Positions 11,137-22,060 are shown, counted from the whole stretch's first letter. The stretch: 63,823 bases of DNA, filler included, from Craspedostauros australis (GCA_030167865.1; 4 parts of 4 records of this genome joined end to end with filler, not necessarily neighbours in it), one strand, 5' to 3'. Notes: a model not told the origin generated them from the sequence alone. Numbers and translations: made by a program.

Positions 11137-11498
11137 AACTACTGTTTGCAACTGTGCAATTATGCAACTGCGGGACGAGCCGACCACACAGAGTGGCACA
11201 GAGCATGGTACTCAATGGAAGAGTACTCCAAAACAAGGCGGCATTTGCCATCTTTCCCAACTTCCACATGCTAAGAGCATTCAACATACATACTCTGCAG
11301 TACTAGTAGAGCAATCCAAATCATGTACCATACTCTACGAATTATATTCTCGCTCAGCTCGCGTCGTCACGCTACAAGTACTCATGAAGCACTCTAATGG
11401 TATTATACTACTCAACAACCACGAATTCTCCGGCCCCTGCGTGTTCATACAGTATTCTGGCACCACCACAATCATTATCATCATTATCATCATCGAGG

Positions 11499-13433
11499 TC
11501 AATCCCCAAACACCGACGTTGCATGGTACTTCACATCCAATGTCCGAGCGGGGAACGGCTGCCCATCCTCACGCCAGACATCGAACAGCAGTCCATTCCC
11601 CTGGTAGGCCACGTACATGTGCATCCCATCCGGGGAGAATGCGAGTCCTGTCGTTTCGTCGGCATACACCGGACTCTCCAGGATGGTGTAGAACCTTCCC
11701 GTCGCATCCCGCGCGTGAATACCAGCATCCTTCCCACCCTGTTCCGTGAAGTACAGCAGATCTTCCGAGCTGCCAACCACGCGTTGGATTTGATCCGCGG
11801 AACCGTCGAACAATCCTGTCACAGTGGTGTGGTTCCAGTACGTTCCCTCATCCAGATCCAGCCCAAACAGCTGGCGGATTCCCTTGCACACAAAGTACAT
11901 CTCGTTGTCACGCACGTCAATCCCTTCCGTCTGTGGATACACGGATCTCGCGTTGTTCCTGCCGACCTCGATATCCTGCGTCCAGGCGAACGTCCCGCCG
12001 TCCCTGGTCGCGTTCGGATACAGCACCAAGTACTCGATTGTGCCGGGAGAATGCAGCATGGTCCACGGATCCTTCTCCCAATGAATGTACTCTGCATGCG
12101 GCACGAACCGCCGCACGGTGCCCTTCGTATGATCCTCCGTCGCAAAGAAATACGGACGCTGCCGATCCCGCACATCGTAAGCAAAGGCCTCCCATCGACC
12201 ACCGTCGCTGCCCAACGTCAGGAGCTGCGGTTGCCGTTGCCCCGTGGGATCGACCTGATAGATCTGACCTTCGGACTCGACCTCCTCGCACGATGCCCAC
12301 GTCTGCCACGGCGTGCGACCTCCCGCGCAATTCCGCGTCGTGCCCGTCAAGATACGAGCGTAATCGACGGCGCGTCCTGCGTGATCGAAAGTGATGGCGC
12401 CCACGCCACCGGCCTTGGGCTCCAGCATCTCCGAGTTGCTCACGTAGATCCATCCACCAGGGTTGTGTGGTCGATCATCGACAAAGGTGGCGCTGCCGTC
12501 GGGGCGGCCGTGGAATGGAATGGTGGAGTACGAGCCGTTGTGGAACGGCACGGGTGCGCCGGACGAAGCAATGCGTCGGGCGGAAAGGCCGTGGGAGAGG
12601 AGCAGACCTTCTTGGAACGTGGTGAGATTTCCAGGCTGGTACGTGATGGGCGTTGGCGTGGGGGCGAGCGTGGGAGACAGAGATGGCTGCGTCGAGTTAC
12701 GCGATGGGATGACACCGATCGGCGAAACCGTGGATTGTGCACTTGGCGCATTCACACGATCAGAAGGCGGGTCGCCTGGTCTGGGTCGGCCGTCGTTGGA
12801 GGGTTCTGATTCGTCGTCTGAAGAGTCGGTGGTGAATACGGATGGTGGCTGCGTCTGTCTCGCTTCGTCCACGGAATCAACACTGCTGCTGCTTGCATCA
12901 ATGAGATCACCATCATCGGACTCGTTGTGCTTGTTCTGCGTTGGTGTGCCAATCACGTCCTGCTCTTGGTTCCCATCTCTGGTACTCTTGGATGCATCCG
13001 AAATGCCAATGGCGGCTCCTGCGATGATCGCAATCAGAGCGAGTATCCCCAGAACGACGAGAAGTCGCAAGACTCTCCTCATGTTGTGCTGGCTCTGTTG
13101 GTTCTGCCGCTGCCTCTGGGATGAGGTCATCGACGACGTTGCGACATTCTCCGCGAGCAAGCGGTTGGGGCTGGCATAGTATGGACTCGCAAGCCCGATG
13201 TTGGCATTGGAACTCGCATCACCAACGTCACCTTGGGCACGGAAAGATCCCAGCTTCTTGTACGGGCCTGCCCGGCGGTGGGTTTGATGCCGCTGCTGCT
13301 GTTGCTGCTGATGTTGTTGTTGGGGAGATTCCGTCATCGTAAACCTTCGTTCGCGAAAAATGACAGCGAGCGCTTCCACATTTCTGTCACTTTTCATGGT
13401 CCTGACAACAACGGCACTCCTGCGAAAACACAT
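11499..13433 (-). CDS. phoX: PhoX-family (DUF839) alkaline phosphatase with N-terminal signal-anchor and S/T/P stalk, copy 1
   Basis: Motifs FHGRPDG, GGWIYVSNSE, TTRNCAGGRTPWQTWASCEE, WEAFA, ATED, TEGI, DQI and ETTGLAFSPDG..MYVAYQ. TM LLVVLGILALIAIIAGAAIGI. The true start may be 13397 or 13337. Confidence 0.85.
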   Translation of the reverse strand: MCFRRSAVVVRTMKSDRNVEALAVIFRERRFTMTESPQQQHQQQQQQRHQTHRRAGPYKKLGSFRAQGDVGDASSNANIGLASPYYASPNRLLAENVATSSMTSSQRQRQNQQSQHNMRRVLRLLVVLGILALIAIIAGAAIGISDASKSTRDGNQEQDVIGTPTQNKHNESDDGDLIDASSSSVDSVDEARQTQPPSVFTTDSSDDESEPSNDGRPRPGDPPSDRVNAPSAQSTVSPIGVIPSRNSTQPSLSPTLAPTPTPITYQPGNLTTFQEGLLLSHGLSARRIASSGAPVPFHNGSYSTIPFHGRPDGSATFVDDRPHNPGGWIYVSNSEMLEPKAGGVGAITFDHAGRAVDYARILTGTTRNCAGGRTPWQTWASCEEVESEGQIYQVDPTGQRQPQLLTLGSDGGRWEAFAYDVRDRQRPYFFATEDHTKGTVRRFVPHAEYIHWEKDPWTMLHSPGTIEYLVLYPNATRDGGTFAWTQDIEVGRNNARSVYPQTEGIDVRDNEMYFVCKGIRQLFGLDLDEGTYWNHTTVTGLFDGSADQIQRVVGSSEDLLYFTEQGGKDAGIHARDATGRFYTILESPVYADETTGLAFSPDGMHMYVAYQGNGLLFDVWREDGQPFPARTLDVKYHATSVFGD

Positions 13434-13980
13434 CGTGTTACATTATATCTGCGCCCTCTCAACAAGGGATATCGTGGGATCCATGCGTTCCTGTCCTGAT
13501 GCTCTGCCATACTACTCGTACTAGGTATATGGTGGAGTGCACAAGTACGGAGATGGTGTGTTGTGCTGTGTGCACACGTCTCTCTCCTGGTAGAGATTGC
13601 TCCATTCCATCGTGGAGAATTGGATGGCGTGTTTCGCCACGCTTGTTTCGCTCTACCAAGTTTGAAGATAACGTTTGTAACGGTGAAATAACCTCCAAAC
13701 AGATTCGAGGATTCCGAATTGTCGATCCAAACAGAAAAGAACACGAGGTGACAATAGGAAAGATCGCGATGGCTGTTCCACACAAACAGGGAGACCAAGC
13801 GCAGTAGAGTATCAGGGAACATGTCGATGAGTGGGATGAGACGACGGGATGAGACGGCACAGAGCAACAGAACGCAATGCAACAAAGTTGGAGTAGTTTG
13901 TGTGTTTGGAAACAGGCAACTCTCTCGGTGACATCACATACCCGTACTCGCACAGCTAGAGAGAGAGAAGAATCACGAAG

Positions 13981-15768
13981 ATGGCAGTGACAGCATCCAG
14001 AGAGGCGGGGGACAGTGCGAGTCCCAGTAGTCCCAGCACGATCAATGCAATGCCAGGAATGAAGGATCGACCAGTGCAATCCTTCGACTATGTGATCGTT
14101 GGAGGTGGTCCTTCTGCCATGGGGCTGCTGTATGGCATGCTGGAACCGTACGCCGGCACATCCAAGGCACCCCCTTTCAAGGTGGCCGTCGTGGAGCGCG
14201 GATCCATGAAAACGCCACAGGAGCACAGCCTCACGCAACATGTCACTACGTGGTCAGCTGCAGCCAATCTCCCGCACTCAATTCTGTTTCCGCGCACGCC
14301 ATCACCACCGCACTATCCTGCACAGTATATCGTGGACACCTACTTTGCACACCGCTACAACATATGCCTGGGCCAGGGCCTTGGCGGCTCGTCCAATGTA
14401 AATGCGGCGATCGCTGCCCCTCCGAAGGCCTCAGACTTTGAGCATTGGGCTGGTTCCTGGACGACGGATATGATGCAAGGCAGCAAGCATGTTCTCTCCA
14501 CCATGACCAACAACAACTGCATTCATCAAGGCAAGGCCAATGATGAGGCCTACTTTGACTGCGCGGTCTTCAAGGAGAAGGCCTTCGACTTGTACACAGA
14601 CATCATGCACACCTCCGTCAAGGACGAGCATGGCCAGTTCCAACGTCGCAACTACTATCAGGCGTTGGTGCAGCCATTGCTGGATGCCAATCCGCACCTC
14701 AAGCCGCACGTCCAATGGTTCCTCAGCACCGAGGCGCAGCGTATCGTTGTGAGCACTGATGGCGATGCCAAGCAGGTGGAATCACTTGAATGCTGCACGA
14801 CAGAGAAGAACGGAGACAAGCACAGCTTCAGTCTTCTGGCCAAGAAGGAGCTCATCCTGTGCGCAGGTGCGCTCGAAAGCCCCGCCTTGATGTTGGTTTC
14901 CGGCATGGGCCAAACAGTCCGTGGCATCGGAAAAAACCTGCAAGATCAGGCACTGGTTGGATACTTGTTTGGACTATCCCAAAAGAAGAAATTGTCGTTC
15001 GTATCGCCCAGTAGCATGGTTGCGATGGGCCACATCGCTGTAGGTGGCGAGAAGGATTGCGTGGTGATGGTCGCGGAAAGCAGCGGACTCAGTCAAATCA
15101 ATTCGCTGGTGATCTCCAACCTGTTCCGCATCGTCGTCCCGTTGTCGGGGCCTGCAGAGGCGATCATCGAGGGGTTCCTCGAGATCTTCGCTCGCGTGGC
15201 TAGCAAGGCTATCTACCTGGCACTGGAGTACTCGCTGCTGGGCTATTTCATGTATCGATACAGTACAATCGCTCTCATCTGCCAGTGCTACCCCAAGTCG
15301 AAGGGATCGCTCAACGTGGAGCGGCTCAACCCGGAGCAGACCGGACCACTGCGACGTCGCGATGTCAAGATCAACGCCCACGTCGGTTACTTGGAGGATG
15401 AACGCGACATCGATGCATTGTGGGAAGCATCCAAGATGTGTCGCAAGTCTGCAAACGATAATGGATGCACCGATCTTTCCAGCAAGACCCTTGAAAGCCG
15501 ATCGGTGTTCGGTAACCTCGCACGAGGTACCGGGGCGTGCTACTACCACTACTCCGGAACCTGTCGAATGCGCAAAGCAGGAGAGAATGACGATGGGGAC
15601 TGGGTGGTCGATGAAGATCTGCGGGTGCGCGATCATTCCGGCATTCGCGTCTGCGATGCATCGACCTTTTCGCGTTGCATCTCGGTGCCACCGTCATTGA
15701 CTTGCGCGACCTTGGGGTACGAATTCAGCCGCCGTCTGTTGATGAACAAAGGAAAAGGGTCAGACTGA
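13981..15768 (+). CDS. GMC (glucose-methanol-choline) oxidoreductase, paralog A
   Basis: Motifs FDYVIVGGGPSA, GQGLGGSSNVNA, ELILCAGALESPALMLVSG, GKNLQD, YYHYSGTCRM and VVDEDLRV...IRVCDAS. Confidence 0.9.
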   Translation: MAVTASREAGDSASPSSPSTINAMPGMKDRPVQSFDYVIVGGGPSAMGLLYGMLEPYAGTSKAPPFKVAVVERGSMKTPQEHSLTQHVTTWSAAANLPHSILFPRTPSPPHYPAQYIVDTYFAHRYNICLGQGLGGSSNVNAAIAAPPKASDFEHWAGSWTTDMMQGSKHVLSTMTNNNCIHQGKANDEAYFDCAVFKEKAFDLYTDIMHTSVKDEHGQFQRRNYYQALVQPLLDANPHLKPHVQWFLSTEAQRIVVSTDGDAKQVESLECCTTEKNGDKHSFSLLAKKELILCAGALESPALMLVSGMGQTVRGIGKNLQDQALVGYLFGLSQKKKLSFVSPSSMVAMGHIAVGGEKDCVVMVAESSGLSQINSLVISNLFRIVVPLSGPAEAIIEGFLEIFARVASKAIYLALEYSLLGYFMYRYSTIALICQCYPKSKGSLNVERLNPEQTGPLRRRDVKINAHVGYLEDERDIDALWEASKMCRKSANDNGCTDLSSKTLESRSVFGNLARGTGACYYHYSGTCRMRKAGENDDGDWVVDEDLRVRDHSGIRVCDASTFSRCISVPPSLTCATLGYEFSRRLLMNKGKGSD

Positions 15769-16457
15769 ATGAGCGTATTAATGAATTAATGAATTAGTGA
15801 GACGATAGCAGAGCAACACGAGTTGAAGAGCCGAGTAGTCTGAGCGCAGAATACCATCTTTGGAAATCTACAAGGAGGACGCTCTTCTTGCATTCGCCAT
15901 GGAGATCTGAAGAAGCACGTATTACTGATTACTTGTCTGCGCTTTACAACAACAGTCACGCCCAAGTACACGTGCTATGAACGAATCCAGTTTAACGCCT
16001 GTAACGGTATTGACGAAGCTCACAAAATCTCAATAAAAACCAAGCAATCGGAAAGCGGCATTCGGCGCGAAGAAGAAGCAGAAGCGACAAGAGGACAGAA
16101 GCTCTTCAAGCCTCCCAGCGACGTTCCGGTGGGGCCACAAAACGACTGCAGATGCTGGATGTCAGAGAGACAACGAGAGAGAGAGAGGAGAACCTCGGTA
16201 ACCAGCGAGGAGGAGGATGGGATGATGCCATGGCCCAACCAACAAAGCGCCACAGCATTGTTTGCTTCATCGGGTTTCGACGGCTTTCACAACTATTTCA
16301 ACTATCGCCATCGTCGTCGTCGCCATAATCACAGCCACAATCTTCAGCGAGTCGGTGTTGAAGCACGTCCAGACCACTGTCTCAACGCACTTCCAAGCAG
16401 TGCACGCCTGAAGAGCTGCGACTACAACTACGCTGGAACAGTGGAAGATCCACGAAG

Positions 16458-18182
16458 ATGACTGTGCCAACAGCGAAAGTTGCATCGGCGAAATCCTTCG
16501 ACTATGTGATCGTCGGGGGTGGTCCTTCATCCATGGGCCTGCTGTATGGCATGCTGGAACCGTACGCCGGAACGTCCAAGGTACCACCCTTCAAGGTCGC
16601 CGTTGTGGAACGAGGGGCCATGAGAACGCCACAGGAGCATCGATCGACGCAGCGTGCCACGACGTGGCCTGCCGCATGCAACACCCCGCACTCAGTTCTT
16701 TCCCCCAGCACACCATCGCCACCGCACTATCCTGCACAGCACATCGTGGATACCTTCCATGGGCATCTATCCAACATATGCCTTGGGCAGGGCCTCGGCG
16801 GGTCAACCAACATCAATGCCGCGCTGACCGCTCCTCCCAGGCCCTCCGATGTTGAGCATTGGGCCGGATCCTGGACGGCGGACATGATGCAGGGCAGCAA
16901 GCATCTCCTATCCACCATGACCAACAACAACTGCATTCATCAAGGCAAGGCCAATGATGAAGCCTACTTTGGCTGCGCGGTCTTCAAGGATAAGGCCTTC
17001 GATACGTACACAGACATCATGTACGCCTGCGCCAAGCAAGACGACGGCCAGTTCCAGCGTCGCAACTACTACCAGGCGTTGATCCAACCCTTGCTGGATG
17101 CCAACCCCCACCTCAAACCGCACGTCCAGTGGTTCCTCCGCACTGAAGCGCAGCGCATCGTTGTGAACACTGATGGCGATGACAAGCAGGTCGAATCGCT
17201 CGAGTGCTGCACGACAGAGAAGAACGGAGACAAGCACAGCTTCAGCCTTGCGGTCAAGGAAGAGCTCATCCTGTGCGCAGGCGCATTCGAGAGCCCGGCT
17301 CTGTTGCTGGTTTCCGGCATGGGCCAAACAATCCGTGGCATCGGCACCAACCTGCAAGATCAGGCACTCGTTCCGTACATCTTCTCACTGTCAGAAAAGA
17401 AGAAGTCGCCGTTCGTATCGCCCAATGGCATAATCGCAATGGGTCGTATCGCTCTGGGCGGCGAGAAGGATTGTGTGGTGATGATCGCGGATGGTAGCGC
17501 CGTCAGTCACACCATGGCCTTCGGGATCTTCAACCTGCTCCGCGTTGTCGTCCCGTTGCCAGGGCCTGCAAAGGCGATCATCGAGGGGTTCCTCGAGCTC
17601 CTCGCTCATGTCATGTACGGAATCATGTACGTGGCGCTAGAGTACTCGCCGCTGGGTTATTTGGTGAACCGGTATGTCACAACAGCCATCATCTGTCACC
17701 TCTACCCCAAGTCGAAGGGATCCCTCAACGTGGAGCGGCTCGACCCGGAGCAGAATGGACCACTGCGACGTCGCGATGTCAAGATCAACGCCCACGTCGG
17801 TTACTTGGAGGATGAACGCGACATCGATGCATTGTGGGAAGCATCCAAGATGTGTCGCAAGTCTGCAAACGATAATGGATGCACCGATCTTTCCAGCAAG
17901 ACACTCGAAAGCCGATCGGTGTTCGGCGACAACGCACGCAGTTCCGGGTCGCAATACTACCACTACTCCGGAACCTGCCGCATGCGCAAAGCAAGAGAGA
18001 ATGACGATGGAGACTGGGTGGTTGGTGAAGATCTGCGGTTGCGCGATCATTCCGGCATTCGCGTCTGCGACGCATCGACCTTTTCGCGTTGCATCTCAGT
18101 GCCACCGTCATTGACTTGCGCGACCTTGGGATACACATTCGGCCGCCGTTTGTTGAAGGGCAACGAGGAAGAAGGAAATTGA
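16458..18182 (+). CDS. GMC oxidoreductase, paralog B (tandem duplicate)
   Basis: Same motifs as paralog A and colinear with it throughout. Both share the CACGAAGATG start context. Confidence 0.9.
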   Translation: MTVPTAKVASAKSFDYVIVGGGPSSMGLLYGMLEPYAGTSKVPPFKVAVVERGAMRTPQEHRSTQRATTWPAACNTPHSVLSPSTPSPPHYPAQHIVDTFHGHLSNICLGQGLGGSTNINAALTAPPRPSDVEHWAGSWTADMMQGSKHLLSTMTNNNCIHQGKANDEAYFGCAVFKDKAFDTYTDIMYACAKQDDGQFQRRNYYQALIQPLLDANPHLKPHVQWFLRTEAQRIVVNTDGDDKQVESLECCTTEKNGDKHSFSLAVKEELILCAGAFESPALLLVSGMGQTIRGIGTNLQDQALVPYIFSLSEKKKSPFVSPNGIIAMGRIALGGEKDCVVMIADGSAVSHTMAFGIFNLLRVVVPLPGPAKAIIEGFLELLAHVMYGIMYVALEYSPLGYLVNRYVTTAIICHLYPKSKGSLNVERLDPEQNGPLRRRDVKINAHVGYLEDERDIDALWEASKMCRKSANDNGCTDLSSKTLESRSVFGDNARSSGSQYYHYSGTCRMRKARENDDGDWVVGEDLRLRDHSGIRVCDASTFSRCISVPPSLTCATLGYTFGRRLLKGNEEEGN

Positions 18183-18536
18183 AGCAGAGAGCACATAGGC
18201 TGTCGTAGAGTGGAGCGGAGGAATCGAATTTCATTGTGAAACAAAAAAAGAGCCGAAGGAAGAACAAGGTGTCGCCATGGTGGACTACGAACACGCGATG
18301 GTAGGCGAGTACGAGTACGTGTTGGTCATCGAGAGGCTCTGCTTGTTACGTTCCGGTGTTGGCCTGTCAGCATCCTCGTTAACGTACCACACATAGTGGC
18401 GGCAGCACGAGGGGCCAGAACATCTCATTTTCCAAATGAAATTGCTTGCCTCCGCAACCCAAATTTTTGGACGAGTGCGGCGGTTCTCGACTGTGAATCG
18501 CTTCCAACAACGAAAACTCCCCGTAAGGACCCACAT

Positions 18537-19553
18537 TTAGGATGCTTCCTCTTCTTCGTTCGTCTTGTCTGGGTCCTCTTTGGCTTTGTCTGGGAACATC
18601 ATTTTCAGCATACGGAGCGCTGGTGGTCCTTTGCCTGTGACATCATACACCTTCTTCAGCATGCATCCCAGGGTGGCACCTGGAAACAGGATGGCGACCG
18701 TCAGCACTTCGCTCATAAATTTTCGGAATCTATTGGGCTCGTTGCTAGGGACGTAGACCATGAACAACAACCGGCTTTGCAACCTCGATGGCCCCCTCCA
18801 CTTGAGCGCAAAGGAAAAGGATAGGATCGTTACCAAATTGAACTTGGCAATGTGCCGTTGCCAGTTCGCAACGGTTTGGATGGGATGATTCTCCAAAAAC
18901 TCCCGATAGCACGGTCGCAGCCCCAGCTCGTTGGCGCCCTTCTTGAGTATATCCATGTACCGCTGCGATGGGCACGGATCGTACGATAACCGCACATGCT
19001 CACGCGCTCGCAAGGCGATGGCCTTAACGGGCCGATCGGGCCGCGTGTAGGGATGCACCTCAACGACGATCTCGTCGTATCCTTGCTGGGCTGCGCCAGT
19101 GACACCTTCCGACTGGGCGATGCGTTCGTAGTTCTCGGGCGTCACCTTGACCAAGGCACCGTGACATTCGTCGTTCTTGTACTTCAGCAGCGGGCTGGCA
19201 CTGGAATCGGTCGGTTCCAAGGATCCCATGCCAGGTTCCAACGGCGGGAAGCCCCGCATATTGAATGCCAGACGGTGGTTGCGTGCGACGCCGGCCTCCA
19301 TCGCGAGGATGTCAATTTTCGTGCCGTTGATCCCGCGGTTCTCGAGCTTTTCGCGCAGCATGTTGGAGCCAAGTCCGAAGTAGTAGATCGGCTCGCCATT
19401 GTCGATGGCGTTCTGGATCAGATCGGGTCGCACCGGCGCCTTCAGAGGTCGATTGCGGAACAGCACCGCATTGGTTGGCGCCAGGAGCAACGCTGCGCAC
19501 ACGATCGTGTTGACAACTCCCAGCGCCGTCGATGATTGAGCGAGGGGCATCAT
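18537..19553 (-). CDS. Gamma-glutamylcyclotransferase-like (GGCT/AIG2/GliK-like) protein with signal peptide and C-terminal hydrophobic helices
   Basis: Motifs IYYFGLGSNM, LAFNMRG.PPLEP, HGAL..V...Y..I..SEG and PSQRYM.IL..GA.E.GL. First ATG is at 19553. Confidence 0.75.
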   Translation of the reverse strand: MMPLAQSSTALGVVNTIVCAALLLAPTNAVLFRNRPLKAPVRPDLIQNAIDNGEPIYYFGLGSNMLREKLENRGINGTKIDILAMEAGVARNHRLAFNMRGFPPLEPGMGSLEPTDSSASPLLKYKNDECHGALVKVTPENYERIAQSEGVTGAAQQGYDEIVVEVHPYTRPDRPVKAIALRAREHVRLSYDPCPSQRYMDILKKGANELGLRPCYREFLENHPIQTVANWQRHIAKFNLVTILSFSFALKWRGPSRLQSRLLFMVYVPSNEPNRFRKFMSEVLTVAILFPGATLGCMLKKVYDVTGKGPPALRMLKMMFPDKAKEDPDKTNEEEEAS

Positions 19554-19956
19554 GATGAGGGTGGTGATGCGCACGAATATGAGTATGGGTATGGGTATGA
19601 ATAGGGCAAAGTCGTTGTTGTTGCTTCTCTCAACGACTGTTCCTCTGGAGTATGCACTTGTAGTCGTATGGTACGAGTATTGTGATCATTGTTCTGTGTG
19701 GAGGACGAGAATTGTGGCCTTCCCCCATTTTCTGTCTGTTTTTGTCCTCACCAGCTCAGACAAAACGCGTGGTTTCTTCGTTGTGGTTCAACCACCTCGC
19801 CGCTTGTCCGCTCCTTCTCCCGATGACGTCAGCCCAAGAAACTGAATCGAGTCTACTAAGGTGTAAGTTAGATGTCAACAGCACTACCGTAAGAGTGTGC
19901 CGGGCGCACTTGAGTATGGCATGCACATACATTCCATCTATTACATTATATTCTAA

Positions 19957-22060
19957 TCATACTGGTAGCGTAGCGTGGTATTTGACATCCAACTTCTTGC
20001 CATGGAAGGGCTGGCCGTCTTCCCGCGATATTTCAAAGATGATGCCGTTGCCTTGGTAGGAGACGTACATGTATTTGCCGTTCGGCGACATGGCGAGGCC
20101 CGTGGTTTCGTCCGAATAGATGGGGCTTTCGAAGATGGTGTAGAAGTTACCAGTGTGGTCGCGGGCGTGGACACCGTTGTCGGAACCGCCTTCCTCGGTG
20201 AAGTACATCAGGTCGTCGGTGTTGCCAAGGATGCGGGCCATCTGGTCAGGCATGCCATCGAAGATGCCGGTCACGGTGGACTTCTTCGTGAAGGTCCCGT
20301 CATCCATGTTCAATGTCACGATCTCCTTGCGGCGTTTCACGACGAAGAACAGCTGGTCGTTGAACACATCGATGCCTTCCGATTCGGGGTAGTACAGCCG
20401 CGTGTTGGCTTCGGCCGCACGCAGATCGTCCGTCCATGTGAAGGTGCCAAACGTGGCTGCCTCATCCTGGGGATGCAGCATCAAGAAATCGATCGTGCCT
20501 GGTGCATGCAGCATCTTCCACGGGTCCACCTCCCAATCAATGTGATCCGGATCAGGCGTGTATCGCCGCAATGCACCCTTGTCCTGATCTTCCGTGGCAA
20601 AGAAGTACGGCTTCTGCTTGTCGCGGATGTCGTACGCAAAGGACTCCCAGAATCCGCCGCTGCTGCCCAAGGTCATGAGCTCCGCCGGTCGCACGCCGAA
20701 GGGATCCACCTGGTATATGAGACCACCGACCTTCTCCTCGCAGCTTACCCACGTGTTCCAAGGCGTGCGGCCTCCGGAGCAATTCATGGTCGTGCCGCTG
20801 AGGATGCGTCGATAGTCAATGATCTCTCCATCCTTGTTGAATGTGAATGCACCAACACCGCCTTTGCCAACGTCGCGGATTTCGGAGTTGCTCACATAGA
20901 CCCAGCCACCTGGATTGTGGGGACGGGTGTCGGGGAACGTCGATGCACCGTCGGGACGGCTGTGGCAGACGTCGTCGGACTTTGTGCCATCGTGGTAGGT
21001 GACGTGCTTGTCCTTCGTGCCAATCACACGCACCTGCAGGCCGCGAGAGAGCAGCAGGTTGTTTTGGAAGTTGGTTAAGTTTCCTGGCATGTATGTCGCC
21101 TCGATGACTTCCTCCGATGGCTTTGCCGACGGTTCAACGGTTGGCTCCGATGTGGGGGGCGCGACTGGCTGTGCGGTGGGCTGTGCGGTGGGCTGTGCGG
21201 TGGGCTGTGCGACGGGCTGTGCGGTGGGCTGTGTGACAGGCTGTGCGGTGGGCTGTGCGGTGGGCTGTGCGGTGGGCGGTGCGGTGGGCTGTGTGACGGG
21301 CTGTATCACAGGCTGTGTGACGGGTTGTGTGACGGGTTGTGGGGTGGGTTGCGTTGTTGACTCACTCGTCAGCTGAACCGTTGGGTTCGTTGTCAGGGGA
21401 TCTGTTGTGTGTATTAGTAGAGTAGTATTGGATGGATGGATGGTTAGTTGAGATGTTGGGGCGAAGGTTGAACTCATTACACGTGGCAGTGATTGGTCGA
21501 ATCGGTGCTGCAACGATAGATGCAACGTTGGATGCAAACTCGGTGATGCCCTTGCTGGTGATACCGATGCAGGAGGCCGTGTTGGAACCCCCCGTCAGAG
21601 CTTCCAATGGTGCCGACGATGGCATTCCGGATGGTATTTGTGTGCGCACAGACGCAGGCACAGCTTTGTCATCAAAGTCAAAAGGCATCTGCAATGGTTC
21701 CGGTGGATTTGCATTCACATTCATGCCCTTCGCCGACTCGTTCTGCCCAACAGTATTCCATGACTCACCACTTGATTCGCTGTCTCCCGACTTGCCGCTG
21801 GAATCGCTTGTGGACTCTCCGCTTGTGGTACTGCTGACTTGGGCACCTTGGGTGAGCGTCACAGCACCAAAGATGACAGCCGCGAGCGAGATTACCACGA
21901 TGACCGACCCAACACCAATGAGCATATTCCTCTTGCGCACCGCGGTAACACGGGCACCAGAACTGGAGGCTTTGGCAACCGAAGCTCTTGCGCGCTCCCG
22001 TGATGGCGCCTTCGGACTTGATGGTGGGCTGTGCGTGTAGGAAAGGTTGGTGTAGTTCAT
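19957..22060 (-). CDS. phoX: PhoX-family alkaline phosphatase, copy 2 (2 exons, ~674 aa), signal-anchored with TAQP-repeat stalk
   Basis: Exon 1 22060-21481 contains TM MLIGVGSVIVVISLAAVIFGAV. A 79-nt intron at 21480-21402 (GTAATG...ACTAAC...ACAACAG, phase 1) joins the two track ORFs. Exon 2 has HSRPDG, YVSNSE, NCSGGRTPWNTWVSCEE, ATED, SEGI, PDQM and ETTGLAMSP. Confidence 0.85.
21165..21350. repeat. 12-bp tandem repeat (GGCTGTGCGGTG-type) encoding TAQP/VTQP stalk
   Basis: About 15 degenerate units, read directly. Confidence 0.9.

Noticed and set aside
21362..21537. Programmed frameshift or pseudogene in PhoX copy 2
   Set aside because: A canonical, phase-correct 79-nt intron explains the overlap.
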